Notes under the pieces: generated by a model | Seen by the model: the letters and a program-made list of their open reading frames with translations, nothing else | Databases searched by the model: none | What the model was told of the DNA's origin: nothing | Program-made: the position numbers and the translations under genes | DNA from: an uncultured Thermoplasmata archaeon | Lineage (GTDB): Archaea; Thermoplasmatota; Thermoplasmata; UBA10834 | DNA length: 64,000 nucleotides | Assembly (NCBI GenBank): GCA_963719945.1 | Contig: CAVRDX010000001.1 | Span: 512,001 to 576,000 of the forward strand | Direction: 5' to 3' | Part shown: positions 39,189 to 48,178 of the stretch, piece by piece | How positions within the stretch are numbered: position 1 is the first letter of the stretch | How the letters are laid out: the number at the start of each line of letters is the position of its first letter

Positions 39189-40655
39189 ATGATCGGTTTC
39201 CCGAAAGGAAAAATCGCGTTCCGAATGTTCCAGGAGAAGGACCTGGAATCACTTCACTGGGGAACGTTGGACGTGCTCGAGAACGCAGGAATAAAGGTCT
39301 TCAGCGAAGAATGTCTGAAGCTCCTTGAGGATGCAGGGGCCACTGTGGATTACAAGCAGAGCAGTGCCAAGATCCCCGGAAACCTCGTTGAGGAGGCCAT
39401 AACCAAGGCAAAGAAGAACATAACACTCTTTGCAAGGAACCCGAAGAACGATGTGGTACTCGATGGACGAAGAGTCTATTGCTGCACTGATGGAAACGGC
39501 ACTGGTGTTATGGATTTCGAGACCGGAAAGAGACGCATGTCTACGAGCAAGGACCTTGAGATGGTTGGCAAGGTCGCAAATGCTCTCGACTCCGCGCACA
39601 TCTTCTGGCCTTGTGTGAGCAGCCAAGACATACCTGATTATTACAGGCATGTCGTGGATCTCAAAGTCGCATTAATGAGCATCGAGAAGCATGTTCAGGT
39701 AGAGACGACCAGCCACCGCAGAGAAGCACAATGGCTCGTCAAACTCGGTTCCGCGCTCGCAGGTGGCGAGAAGGAATTGAGAAGGAGGCCAATATTCTCA
39801 TCCATGCACTGCCCGTTCTCCCCGCTCCAGCTTGACGGAGGTTCGACTGAAGGTGCTCTTGCACTCGCAAGGGCCGGCGTGCCGATATCGTTCTACGGAA
39901 TGCCACAGGCAGGCATCACCGGGCCTGTGACACTCGCAGGATCAATCATTGTGAATAACGCTGAAGTACTAGCTGGCCTAACGATGGCACAGCTCGCAGC
40001 CCCCGGCTCACCGTTCATGTACGGGACGGGCGGAGCAGCATTCGATATGAAGACAATGACTTGGGCAGGCGGCGGACCGGAGAGAGCGCTAATATCCAGT
40101 GGAGCAGGAGAACTAGCTCATTGGTACGGATTCCCGATCCTTTGTGGTGGAATAGTCACCTCCGCGAAGGTACCTGGCCCACAGTCCTGCTATGAGAAGA
40201 TGTCTAGCGGAATGCCACAGTTCTACGCGGGCTGCGACATGATTGCGGGATTGGGTCTCCTTGACGATGTTTCTATGCTCTGCTATGAGCAGATGGTCAT
40301 CGACAACGAAATGGTCAAGATAATGGCTAGACTCGCTCAAGGCGTCATCGTTGACGACGAACACATGGCAATCGACCTGATCAAGAAGGTCGGACCCGGC
40401 GGTAGCTTCCTGCCAGAAAGACACACCATGAACTGGCTTCACAAAGAGCATTTCATGACTGAGATAACTGACAGGAGGACTGGCGAGATATGGGAAGCGG
40501 ATGGCAAGAAGAGTGCCGTCGACCGCGCCAGGGAGAAGGCTGCCAAGATCATGAAGGAGCATGTGGTCCAGCCTGTCGCAGCTGAGGTCTCGAAGCGGTT
40601 CGAAGACATAATCGTAGCCGCGGAGAAGGACATCCGCGAGAATGGACTCAACTGA
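39189..40655 (+). CDS. MttB-superfamily (trimethylamine/quaternary amine) methyltransferase, non-pyrrolysine
   Basis: SPLQLD, GPVTLAG...NAEVLAG, FDMKT, GPE, SAK.PG.QS.YEK, EQMVIDNE, VGPGG.FL..HT; no in-frame TAG. Confidence 0.88.
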   Translation: MIGFPKGKIAFRMFQEKDLESLHWGTLDVLENAGIKVFSEECLKLLEDAGATVDYKQSSAKIPGNLVEEAITKAKKNITLFARNPKNDVVLDGRRVYCCTDGNGTGVMDFETGKRRMSTSKDLEMVGKVANALDSAHIFWPCVSSQDIPDYYRHVVDLKVALMSIEKHVQVETTSHRREAQWLVKLGSALAGGEKELRRRPIFSSMHCPFSPLQLDGGSTEGALALARAGVPISFYGMPQAGITGPVTLAGSIIVNNAEVLAGLTMAQLAAPGSPFMYGTGGAAFDMKTMTWAGGGPERALISSGAGELAHWYGFPILCGGIVTSAKVPGPQSCYEKMSSGMPQFYAGCDMIAGLGLLDDVSMLCYEQMVIDNEMVKIMARLAQGVIVDDEHMAIDLIKKVGPGGSFLPERHTMNWLHKEHFMTEITDRRTGEIWEADGKKSAVDRAREKAAKIMKEHVVQPVAAEVSKRFEDIIVAAEKDIRENGLN

Positions 40656-40754
40656 GACCGTCAGAAAAACTATTAGTATAAACCAACTACGGGCGGATGG
40701 TGCTTGGAGGAAGCCTCCGCCCTTAGAAACATCTTATCTCGGGTGATCTAGGCT

Positions 40755-41699
40755 TTGATACCGTTGGAGCTGGTGCGAGAGTTCGAACAGCAGATGCACA
40801 ACCTTCGAATCGGGCACACGTCATTTAGAAGAGCTTCTAGGCTCGAGAAAAAGCTCGGTATCAGACGGCTGCATCTCAAGCTGGAATCGGAGAATTCTTC
40901 AGGGACGCACAAGGACCGTTCCGCCCTTCTATACGCACTCGATGCAAGGAAGAAGGGAAAGAACACCTTGGCCGCAGTGACATGCGGCAACTACGGCGCA
41001 GCGCTCGCCTATGTGTGTTCAAAGCTCGACATGAACTGCCAGGTCTACGTACCATCAGAGTTTGCGTCGAGCAGGAACAAGGACATAGAGGCTTTTGGTG
41101 GCAATGTTGTCATAGCGCAGGGAGACTACGAGGCCGCGCTCAATGCCTGCGTGAAGGACACGACTGCAAACGGATGGTACAACGCCAATCCAGGTGGTCC
41201 TGACAAAGAGCTCGCTGTATACTCATACTCATTCATAGCAAGGGAGATAGCACAGGAACTGGGGAGACAGCCTGATTGGATATCCGTACCATTTGGAAAC
41301 GGGACGCTACTTGCAGGCATTTGGCAAGGGTTCCGCGCAATGAGCATGAAACCCAGAATCCTTGGCTACTCCAACAACAACTCTGCAATCCATGGTCTGG
41401 TTAACAAGTCACGAGTGCCCATCCCAGTGAACGGGTTGACAATAACAGAGGTGAATGAGCCATTGGCAGGCAATTTTCTCCTCGACTACATAGACGGAAT
41501 GAACGCGATACTGGAATCCAATGGGGCAGCTTTCGAGATATCTGACGAAGAGATGTTGAAAGCGTCCAAGCTCATCATGGATCAGGAATCCCTCGATATC
41601 CTACCAGCATCGGCCGGGGCGATCACTGCCATCACAAGATTAGAATCGCGCAACCACACATTCGCTGCCGTCATAACAGGCCGAGGGCACCACGGTTAG
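40755..41699 (+). CDS. Threonine synthase-like fold-type II PLP enzyme
   Basis: LKLESENSSGTHKDR (PLP Lys), TCGNYG, VPFGNG, VITG. Confidence 0.85.
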   Translation: MIPLELVREFEQQMHNLRIGHTSFRRASRLEKKLGIRRLHLKLESENSSGTHKDRSALLYALDARKKGKNTLAAVTCGNYGAALAYVCSKLDMNCQVYVPSEFASSRNKDIEAFGGNVVIAQGDYEAALNACVKDTTANGWYNANPGGPDKELAVYSYSFIAREIAQELGRQPDWISVPFGNGTLLAGIWQGFRAMSMKPRILGYSNNNSAIHGLVNKSRVPIPVNGLTITEVNEPLAGNFLLDYIDGMNAILESNGAAFEISDEEMLKASKLIMDQESLDILPASAGAITAITRLESRNHTFAAVITGRGHHG

Positions 41700-41770
41700 G
41701 CCGTCGACCTATGTACAATTCTGTCCTAGCGAACATACCGTTCAATGGCCAAGTCCGTCCAGACAAGATA

Positions 41771-41778
41771 TTAATATA
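41771..41778 (+). promoter_or_regulatory. Probable TATA box of the ilv operon
   Basis: TTAATATA preceded by a purine-rich BRE-like AGACAAGA, about 30 nt before the leader ATG. Confidence 0.55.
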
Positions 41779-41806
41779 TCGACAATCATCTGCAAACCCG
41801 GTACAA

Positions 41807-41887
41807 ATGTCCGCTGGTCAAGTCAATCTGACGCTTCTTCTTAGGACCCTAGAGGTCATTGTCGACCTGCGGATTGTAGGCCTGTGA
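41807..41887 (+). CDS. Putative ilv leader peptide MSAGQVNLTLLLRTLEVIVDLRIVGL
   Basis: 26-codon uORF; 13 of 26 residues Leu/Val/Ile; lies directly upstream of ilvB. Confidence 0.7.
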   Translation: MSAGQVNLTLLLRTLEVIVDLRIVGL

Positions 41888-41943
41888 TGGGCACACGACC
41901 TGAGAGGTGTTGTGTCCATACGGGCAGGATTTGAGGAGTGTGA
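41834..41943 (+). promoter_or_regulatory. Putative attenuator RNA structure
   Basis: Long hairpin from about 41880 to 41926 (GCCTGT-G-ATGGGCACA...TGTGTCCAT-ACGGGC); CTTCTTA (41837-41843) can pair with TGAGGAG (41932-41938) in the ilvB SD. Confidence 0.55.
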
Positions 41944-41950
41944 TTTAGAG

Positions 41951-43633
41951 ATGAAAGGTGCCAGAGCCGCCGTGAAATTGCTGGAGAAGCAGAATGTCGA
42001 TTTGATGTTTGGCATCCCTGGCGGCGTTCTACTTCCGTTCTACGATGAGCTCGTTGACACGGATATCAGGCACATCCTTGTACGCCATGAACAGTGCTCG
42101 GCACACATGGCTGACGGTTATGCGAGAGTATCCAAGAGACCTGGCGTTTGCGTAGCGACCTCAGGACCAGGAGCCACGAATCTGGTAACTGGCGTAGCCA
42201 CCGCGTTCATGGACTCATCACCTATAATAGCGATAACAGGCCAGGTCGCGACAGGAGTGCTCGGGAACGATGCATTTCAGGAAGCAGACTCTTTCAGCCT
42301 GATGATGCCGATAACGAAGCACAACTTCAGGATAACTGACCCAAAGGACCTCCCTGAATCAATCAACCGGGCGTTCATGATAGCCACGACAGGGAGATAT
42401 GGACCTGTCCACATAGACATACCAACGGACATATTCCAGGCAGAATACAACGAAGAGGACCTCGATGTGAAGGCGAGGGTGCCAAAGCCACGCAGGAACC
42501 TCTCTGGCCTCCTGGACGCGATCAAGCTACTTGAATCAGCGGAGAGGCCCACCATAATGGTGGGTGGAGGAGTCACATGGTCACGTGCGGGGCCGGAGAT
42601 CACCGTGCTCTCCGATATGTTGATGGCGCCTATTGTCACCACATTAATGGCAAAAGGCTCCGTTCCTGATAACCATCCACTTGTCCTGGGCGTATGCGGA
42701 ATGCATGGGAAACAGGTGGCCAACTATGCATTGAACAACTGCGACGTCCTGTTAGCGATTGGAACCAGGTTCAGTGACAGAGTGACCGGCAAACTCAGCG
42801 AGTTCGGGACCAAGACGAAGGTCGTTCACGTCGATATCGACTCGTCAGAGATAGGTAAGAATGTGAAAGGCAGGGTCGGCCTCGTGGGTGATGCGTGGAC
42901 AGTCGTAAACGCCCTCATAGCGGGCCTGCAGAAGCGGAAGAAGAAGGCCACCTGGGTCGAGAGGATAAAGATACTCAAGAAGGAATGCACCTGCGACTAC
43001 AACATCAAATCAAATCCCATCAAACCACAAAAGGTCATATATGAACTGTCGAAGCTATTGCCCGATGATGCCATCGTCACGACCGAGGTGGGCCAGAACC
43101 AGATGTGGGCACTCCACTTCTACGAATGCTATGGCAACCGCATGTTCATCACATCAGGCGGTCTCGGGACCATGGGTTTCGGGTTCCCTGCGGCCATCGG
43201 TGCGAAATTGGCTAGACCAGATAGCGTCGTCGCGGATATTGCAGGCGATGGCAGCCTGCAGATGGTCTCGCATGAGTTCGCGACAGCGGTCGAGAACGAC
43301 ATACCAGTGATCGTGTGCCTGATGAATAACGGATGGCTCGGCAACGTCAAGCAATGGCAGAAGCTGTTTTATGGCTCGAGATACATTGCGACCGAGTTCG
43401 GAAGGAACCCCGATTTCGTCAAGCTCGCAGAGGCCTATGGGGCGGATGCGATAAGGGTGGAGAAGCAGTCCGAGGTCGCAGAAGCCATTCGGAGAGGAGT
43501 GAAATCCCAGATCCCGATATTGCTCGATTTCGTGATAGATCCCGAGGAGGATGTCCTTCCAATGACCCCGCCTGGCAAGGCATCCTCGGAATGCATAAAT
43601 GGAAGATGCATCTGGAAAGGAGGTGGCGATTAG
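41951..43633 (+). CDS. ilvB: Acetolactate synthase large subunit
   Basis: FGIPGG, RHEQ, TSGPGATN, FQEAD, GMHG, SGGLGTMGFG, GDGS..NN. Confidence 0.95.
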   Translation: MKGARAAVKLLEKQNVDLMFGIPGGVLLPFYDELVDTDIRHILVRHEQCSAHMADGYARVSKRPGVCVATSGPGATNLVTGVATAFMDSSPIIAITGQVATGVLGNDAFQEADSFSLMMPITKHNFRITDPKDLPESINRAFMIATTGRYGPVHIDIPTDIFQAEYNEEDLDVKARVPKPRRNLSGLLDAIKLLESAERPTIMVGGGVTWSRAGPEITVLSDMLMAPIVTTLMAKGSVPDNHPLVLGVCGMHGKQVANYALNNCDVLLAIGTRFSDRVTGKLSEFGTKTKVVHVDIDSSEIGKNVKGRVGLVGDAWTVVNALIAGLQKRKKKATWVERIKILKKECTCDYNIKSNPIKPQKVIYELSKLLPDDAIVTTEVGQNQMWALHFYECYGNRMFITSGGLGTMGFGFPAAIGAKLARPDSVVADIAGDGSLQMVSHEFATAVENDIPVIVCLMNNGWLGNVKQWQKLFYGSRYIATEFGRNPDFVKLAEAYGADAIRVEKQSEVAEAIRRGVKSQIPILLDFVIDPEEDVLPMTPPGKASSECINGRCIWKGGGD

Positions 43634-43996
43634 ATGGAAGTTATGATGCTCTTGGTGTACGACCAGCCCGGCGTGATGCAACGTGTGATGGGCGAGTTCA
43701 CCAGAAAGAGGATAAATGTCGAGACCATCGTGGTCGGCAAGTGTGAGATGCCTGAGAGAGCGAGGATAGTTCTCTCCGTTACGGATAAGGAGAAGGCTCA
43801 CGGCGTGCTCGAACATCTGAGAGCGCTCCAGGAAGTCATAGAGGCCGATATCGTCGATTCAGATAGACACGAGGCATATGCCATCCTCCAAGGCAAGGAA
43901 GGGATATGCCGAGTCACAGGTACGGTGGAAGAGGTTGAGGCACTCGTAATGAAGAGCCAACCCAAGAGATACATAGAAGCTATGAATGCAATTTGA
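43634..43996 (+). CDS. ilvN: Acetolactate synthase regulatory subunit (ACT domain, short)
   Basis: DQPGVMQRV..FTRKRINVETI ACT motif; located between ilvB and ilvC. Confidence 0.85.
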   Translation: MEVMMLLVYDQPGVMQRVMGEFTRKRINVETIVVGKCEMPERARIVLSVTDKEKAHGVLEHLRALQEVIEADIVDSDRHEAYAILQGKEGICRVTGTVEEVEALVMKSQPKRYIEAMNAI

Positions 43997-44013
43997 AAAC
44001 GGAGTGGTCTAGA

Positions 44014-44994
44014 ATGGCTAGGATATACTACAACAAGGATGCGAACCTGAACGCGCTCAAGGGCAAGAAGGTCGCAGTGATAGGATACGGAATACAGGGA
44101 AGAGCCCAGTCGCTCAACCTGAGAGACAGCGGAGTGAACGTGGTAGTTGGACTCAAGTTCAGGGACGATTACTGGAAGCAGGCGAAGGCCGATAAGATGG
44201 AAGTCCTGGATATCCCTACAGCGGTAAAGAGTGCCGATATCGTCATGATGCTCATCCCAGACGAGGTCCAGAAGATGGCCTACGATGCAGAGGTAGCGCC
44301 GAACTTGAGACCAGGAATGACTCTCGACTTCGCTCACGGATTCAACATCCACTTCAAACTCATAGTCCCTCCGAAGGACGTCGATGTCATAATGGTCGCT
44401 CCGAAGGGACCTGGTGCCTTGGTCAGAGAAACTTTCGTAGCGGGCAATGGAGTACCCGCACTGATAGCGGTCCATCAGGATGCGAGTGGGAAGGCCAAGA
44501 AGACCGCGCTTGCCATAGCGAAGGGACTCGGAGCGACAACGAAGGGAGTCATCGAAACCACCTTCACCGAGGAGACTGAGACAGACCTGTTCGGAGAGCA
44601 GGTGGACCTATGCGGTGGCGCGAGCGACCTCATAAAGAAATCGTTCGAGGTTCTGGTCGAAGCCGGCTACCAACCAGAGATCGCTTATTTCGAGGTGCTC
44701 CATGAGCTCAAACTCATAATCGATCTTGTCCAGAAGGGCGGTATCGAGGGCATGTGGAAGAACGTCTCCAACACCGCCGAATATGGCGGAAGGACACGTG
44801 GACCAAGGATAATCGATGATCGGGTCAAGAAGAACATGCAGGCCGTCCTCAAGGAGATCCAATCAGGTGCATTTGCCAAGGAATGGGTCAACGAATGCAG
44901 CTCAGGCATGGCCACACTCACCAAGCTCAGGAAAGATGGTGAGAAGGACCAGATCGAAGTCGTCGGCAAATCAATAAGGAAGATGTTCAAGTAG
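44014..44994 (+). CDS. ilvC: Ketol-acid reductoisomerase
   Basis: IGYGIQG, LIPDE, FAHGFNIH, APKGPG, ETDLFGEQ..LCGG, SNTAEYG. Confidence 0.96.
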   Translation: MARIYYNKDANLNALKGKKVAVIGYGIQGRAQSLNLRDSGVNVVVGLKFRDDYWKQAKADKMEVLDIPTAVKSADIVMMLIPDEVQKMAYDAEVAPNLRPGMTLDFAHGFNIHFKLIVPPKDVDVIMVAPKGPGALVRETFVAGNGVPALIAVHQDASGKAKKTALAIAKGLGATTKGVIETTFTEETETDLFGEQVDLCGGASDLIKKSFEVLVEAGYQPEIAYFEVLHELKLIIDLVQKGGIEGMWKNVSNTAEYGGRTRGPRIIDDRVKKNMQAVLKEIQSGAFAKEWVNECSSGMATLTKLRKDGEKDQIEVVGKSIRKMFK

Positions 44995-45046
44995 GCCATC
45001 CGAAAAAGACATACATGATCGATGCCTAATGTGTACATCGTAGTAG

Positions 45047-45838
45047 GTGGAGAAGTTGGAACCCTCTATACCAAACGGGATCCGGCTCGGCCGATTCAGG
45101 ATTGGGGACCGGACTTTCGTCGGAATCGTCGATGGAGACGAAGTTATAGAGACAGACAGGACATCCATGGAAGACGTGGTCAGTCAGGGATTCACGAGGA
45201 AAGCTATCAGTCACCAATTCTCGCGAGTCACTGTCCTCGCACCGTTCCCAAGACCATCGAAGATCATCTGCATCGGCCTCAACTATCGCAGTCATATCGA
45301 GGAGATGAACTGGGAGGTCCCAAAGGTGCCGATAATCTTCACCAAGCCGTCCTCCGCTATAATCGGTCCAGGAGACAATATTTGCATACCGAAGATGTCT
45401 TCAAGGGTCGATTACGAGGGTGAATCCGCCATAATAATCAGCAAGAGGGCTAGACACACCGATGACGGCGGATCCCACATTTTCGGTTACACTTGCATGA
45501 ATGATGTCACCGCCCGAGACCTCCAGAAGATCGACCCTGATTGGACAAGGGCGAAAGGCTTCGACACCTTCGCCCCGATGGGCCCGTTCGTTTCAGGTCG
45601 ATCCCCGAAAAGGATATTGACTAGATTGAACGGAAACGTGGTACAGGACGCGCCTCTATCCGACAGAGTGTTCGGCGACGCGGCCTTGGTCGAATACATA
45701 TCAAAAGTCATGACCCTCGAGCCAGGAGACATCATTGCAACTGGTACACCATCTGGAATCTCCGCCATGAGACCCGGAGATCTGGTCGAGGTGGACCTTG
45801 AAGGCATCGGATGTTTGAAGAACAGGGTAGTCAGTTAG
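45047..45838 (+). CDS. Fumarylacetoacetate hydrolase family protein
   Basis: KIICIGLNY..H, FTKP, DYEGE, NDVTARD, RAKGFDTF, TGTP. Confidence 0.92.
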   Translation: MEKLEPSIPNGIRLGRFRIGDRTFVGIVDGDEVIETDRTSMEDVVSQGFTRKAISHQFSRVTVLAPFPRPSKIICIGLNYRSHIEEMNWEVPKVPIIFTKPSSAIIGPGDNICIPKMSSRVDYEGESAIIISKRARHTDDGGSHIFGYTCMNDVTARDLQKIDPDWTRAKGFDTFAPMGPFVSGRSPKRILTRLNGNVVQDAPLSDRVFGDAALVEYISKVMTLEPGDIIATGTPSGISAMRPGDLVEVDLEGIGCLKNRVVS

Positions 45839-45842
45839 GATA

Positions 45843-46784
45843 ATGAGAGGAGATGAGAACTTGCAGATTCAGCCGACCGAGAAGATCTGGAAGAATGGAG
45901 AGTTGATATCGTGGAAGGATGCGACAGTTCACGTGCTCACGCATTGCCTGCATTACGGAACTGGAGCCTTCGAGGGAATCAGATGTTACAGCACGGACAA
46001 AGGACCTGCGATTTTCAGGCTCAAGGACCATATGTCGAGGCTCCACACATCTGCGAAGACAATCAATATCCAGATACCACACAGCGTTGAAGAACTCTGC
46101 ACCGCGGCTAGAGATCTGGTGAAAGTGAACAATCTTGATTCGTGCTACATAAGGCCTATCACATTTTTCGGTGTCTCCGGCATCGGTGTCAATCCTATAG
46201 GCTATCCGATCGAGACATTCATCATCGCGTTCCCTATGGGATCGTATTTGGGAGATGAAGGCATGAAGAAGGGCATCAGGGTACACACATCGTCATGGCA
46301 CAGGATGCCGGTCGGTTCGGTCCCAGCAACCGCAAAGGTCTGCGGCGACTACCTGAATAGCGCCCTCGCAGTCATGGAAGCTAAGCAGAATGGGTTCGAC
46401 GAAGCTATAATGCTCAACGATCAGCACATGGTCGCAGAGGGTTCTGGTGAGAACATATTCATGGTCAGGAACAATAGGATACTCACCCCCCCGATCAGCA
46501 CCGGCATACTACCTGGTATAACGAGAGAATCGGTCATGACGATCGCAGGAGACCTTGGATATCAGGTTGTCGAACAGAATTTCTCCAGAGGCGAGATGTA
46601 TCTAGCGGATGAGTTGTTCTTCACTGGCACTGCAGCCGAGGTCACACCGATCAGAGAGGTAGACCGAAGGACCGTTGCGAGTGGCTCACCTGGACCTATC
46701 ACCATGGCGCTCCAGGAGAGATTCCTTCAGATTGCCCGAGGCAATGATACCAAGTACTCATCCTGGCTGGACATTGCAAGATGA
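45843..46784 (+). CDS. ilvE: Branched-chain amino acid aminotransferase
   Basis: LHYGTGAFEGIR, YIRP, AKVCG.Y, EGSGEN, LPGITR, GTAAEVTP. Confidence 0.95.
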   Translation: MRGDENLQIQPTEKIWKNGELISWKDATVHVLTHCLHYGTGAFEGIRCYSTDKGPAIFRLKDHMSRLHTSAKTINIQIPHSVEELCTAARDLVKVNNLDSCYIRPITFFGVSGIGVNPIGYPIETFIIAFPMGSYLGDEGMKKGIRVHTSSWHRMPVGSVPATAKVCGDYLNSALAVMEAKQNGFDEAIMLNDQHMVAEGSGENIFMVRNNRILTPPISTGILPGITRESVMTIAGDLGYQVVEQNFSRGEMYLADELFFTGTAAEVTPIREVDRRTVASGSPGPITMALQERFLQIARGNDTKYSSWLDIAR

Positions 46785-46862
46785 TCCTCCACCAATAGCA
46801 AATAATATATATCGTTGCGGACAATACTTCGTCTGACGATTGTCATACGCGAGATGAGGATC

Positions 46863-47141
46863 ATGTCAAGCATCACGATCGAAGAGCTCACAGTCCAGGC
46901 TGAGAAGAATGGGCTTACGCTTGCAGATATGATTTCCACCATGATGTCCTCAGAGGACATCGATCGTATCCAAGCGCAGATCAAGTCTCAGATGTCCGCA
47001 AACTATGCGTCGATAGAAGATTTCATGAAAGAAGTTGAGGTACCCAGCATCGATGGCCTCTATGAATTCTCAGAAGACGAACTCCAACGAATGCAGCAGG
47101 ACATCAATCATGCGATGTCAGACGAATCGTCATTCGCCTAA
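46863..47141 (+). CDS. Small acidic hypothetical protein
   Basis: 92-aa ORF with GAGG RBS. Confidence 0.65.
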   Translation: MSSITIEELTVQAEKNGLTLADMISTMMSSEDIDRIQAQIKSQMSANYASIEDFMKEVEVPSIDGLYEFSEDELQRMQQDINHAMSDESSFA

Positions 47142-47149
47142 TATTCGGT

Positions 47150-47974
47150 CTAGCAGGCTCGGATGAATATCCTATTCTCAGGATCTATTATCTCGAAGTG
47201 GGATCTCATGCGACCCATGAGAGCCTCTGTCCGGCCAAGCATCAAAAATCCCTGAGGCCGAAGGGATTCATGCAAATTCTTGATCACTTCGTCGTGAGAA
47301 GGCCGAGAGAAGTAGATGAGCACATTCCTACAGATTATCGCATCGAAGAACTTGCTCTTGGGCGCCTCCATAAGATTCTCCTTCATGAACCGAACTCTCG
47401 TTCTCAGAAGGTCGTTGATCTCGTATGACGACTCAGTTTTGATGAAGTAGCGCTTAAGAAGGGATATTGGGATGTTCTTCACCTGTAGCTCTGAATAGAC
47501 CCCTTTGCGAGCATATGCTAGGGCGCTAAGAGAGATGTCAGTGCCAGTCACAATCGCAATCATATCATCAGACATATTCGCACGCCGCATCTCCTCATTC
47601 AGACACATGGCAATCGTATAGGTCTCCTGTCCTGTTGCACATCCAGCACTCCAAATCCGCAATATCCCTCCAGTTTGCCGTTTCGACCTAAGGAGTGGAC
47701 GTATGATCTTTTCAGAGACGGCCTCAAATGCCCCCTCATCTCGGAAGAATTCGGTCACATTTATCGATAGAGCACCTATCAGCTCGCTGGTCTCCCCATC
47801 GTCATGGACGAGCAAATCGATATATGACCCAATATCTGGCATCCCTGACCGGCCCATCCTCTTCCTGATGCTACGCATCATGAATGTTGGTGAATAGCCA
47901 GATATGTCGATTCCTCGTGATTCAAACAGATGCTCGCGGATGCGGACCAACGCAGCATCATCAGTGAGCGTCAT
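47150..47974 (-). CDS. cheR: Chemotaxis methyltransferase
   Basis: INVTEFFRD, WSAGCATGQE.Y, GTDIS, CRNVLIYF, LG.TE. Confidence 0.94.
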   Translation of the reverse strand: MTLTDDAALVRIREHLFESRGIDISGYSPTFMMRSIRKRMGRSGMPDIGSYIDLLVHDDGETSELIGALSINVTEFFRDEGAFEAVSEKIIRPLLRSKRQTGGILRIWSAGCATGQETYTIAMCLNEEMRRANMSDDMIAIVTGTDISLSALAYARKGVYSELQVKNIPISLLKRYFIKTESSYEINDLLRTRVRFMKENLMEAPKSKFFDAIICRNVLIYFSRPSHDEVIKNLHESLRPQGFLMLGRTEALMGRMRSHFEIIDPENRIFIRAC

Positions 47975-48178
47975 ACCATCTGTGGATGTCTATCAGGTTA
48001 GATAGTTTCTTCCTTGACCCGTCTGGCCATGACAAATGATTTCACATCATCAGAAATGAGTTTCTGGACGACATACTTTTATATTGTCCAGGGTGATTTT
48101 GACCAAGATGCGGGTGTTCAAAAAGCTTTCGATTGAAGATCCAAGAGAACTTCACCCGAGTGTTGTAAAGGTGATTCG

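Noticed and set aside
39189-40655. Pyrrolysine read-through in the MttB homologue
   Set aside because: The ORF has no in-frame TAG.
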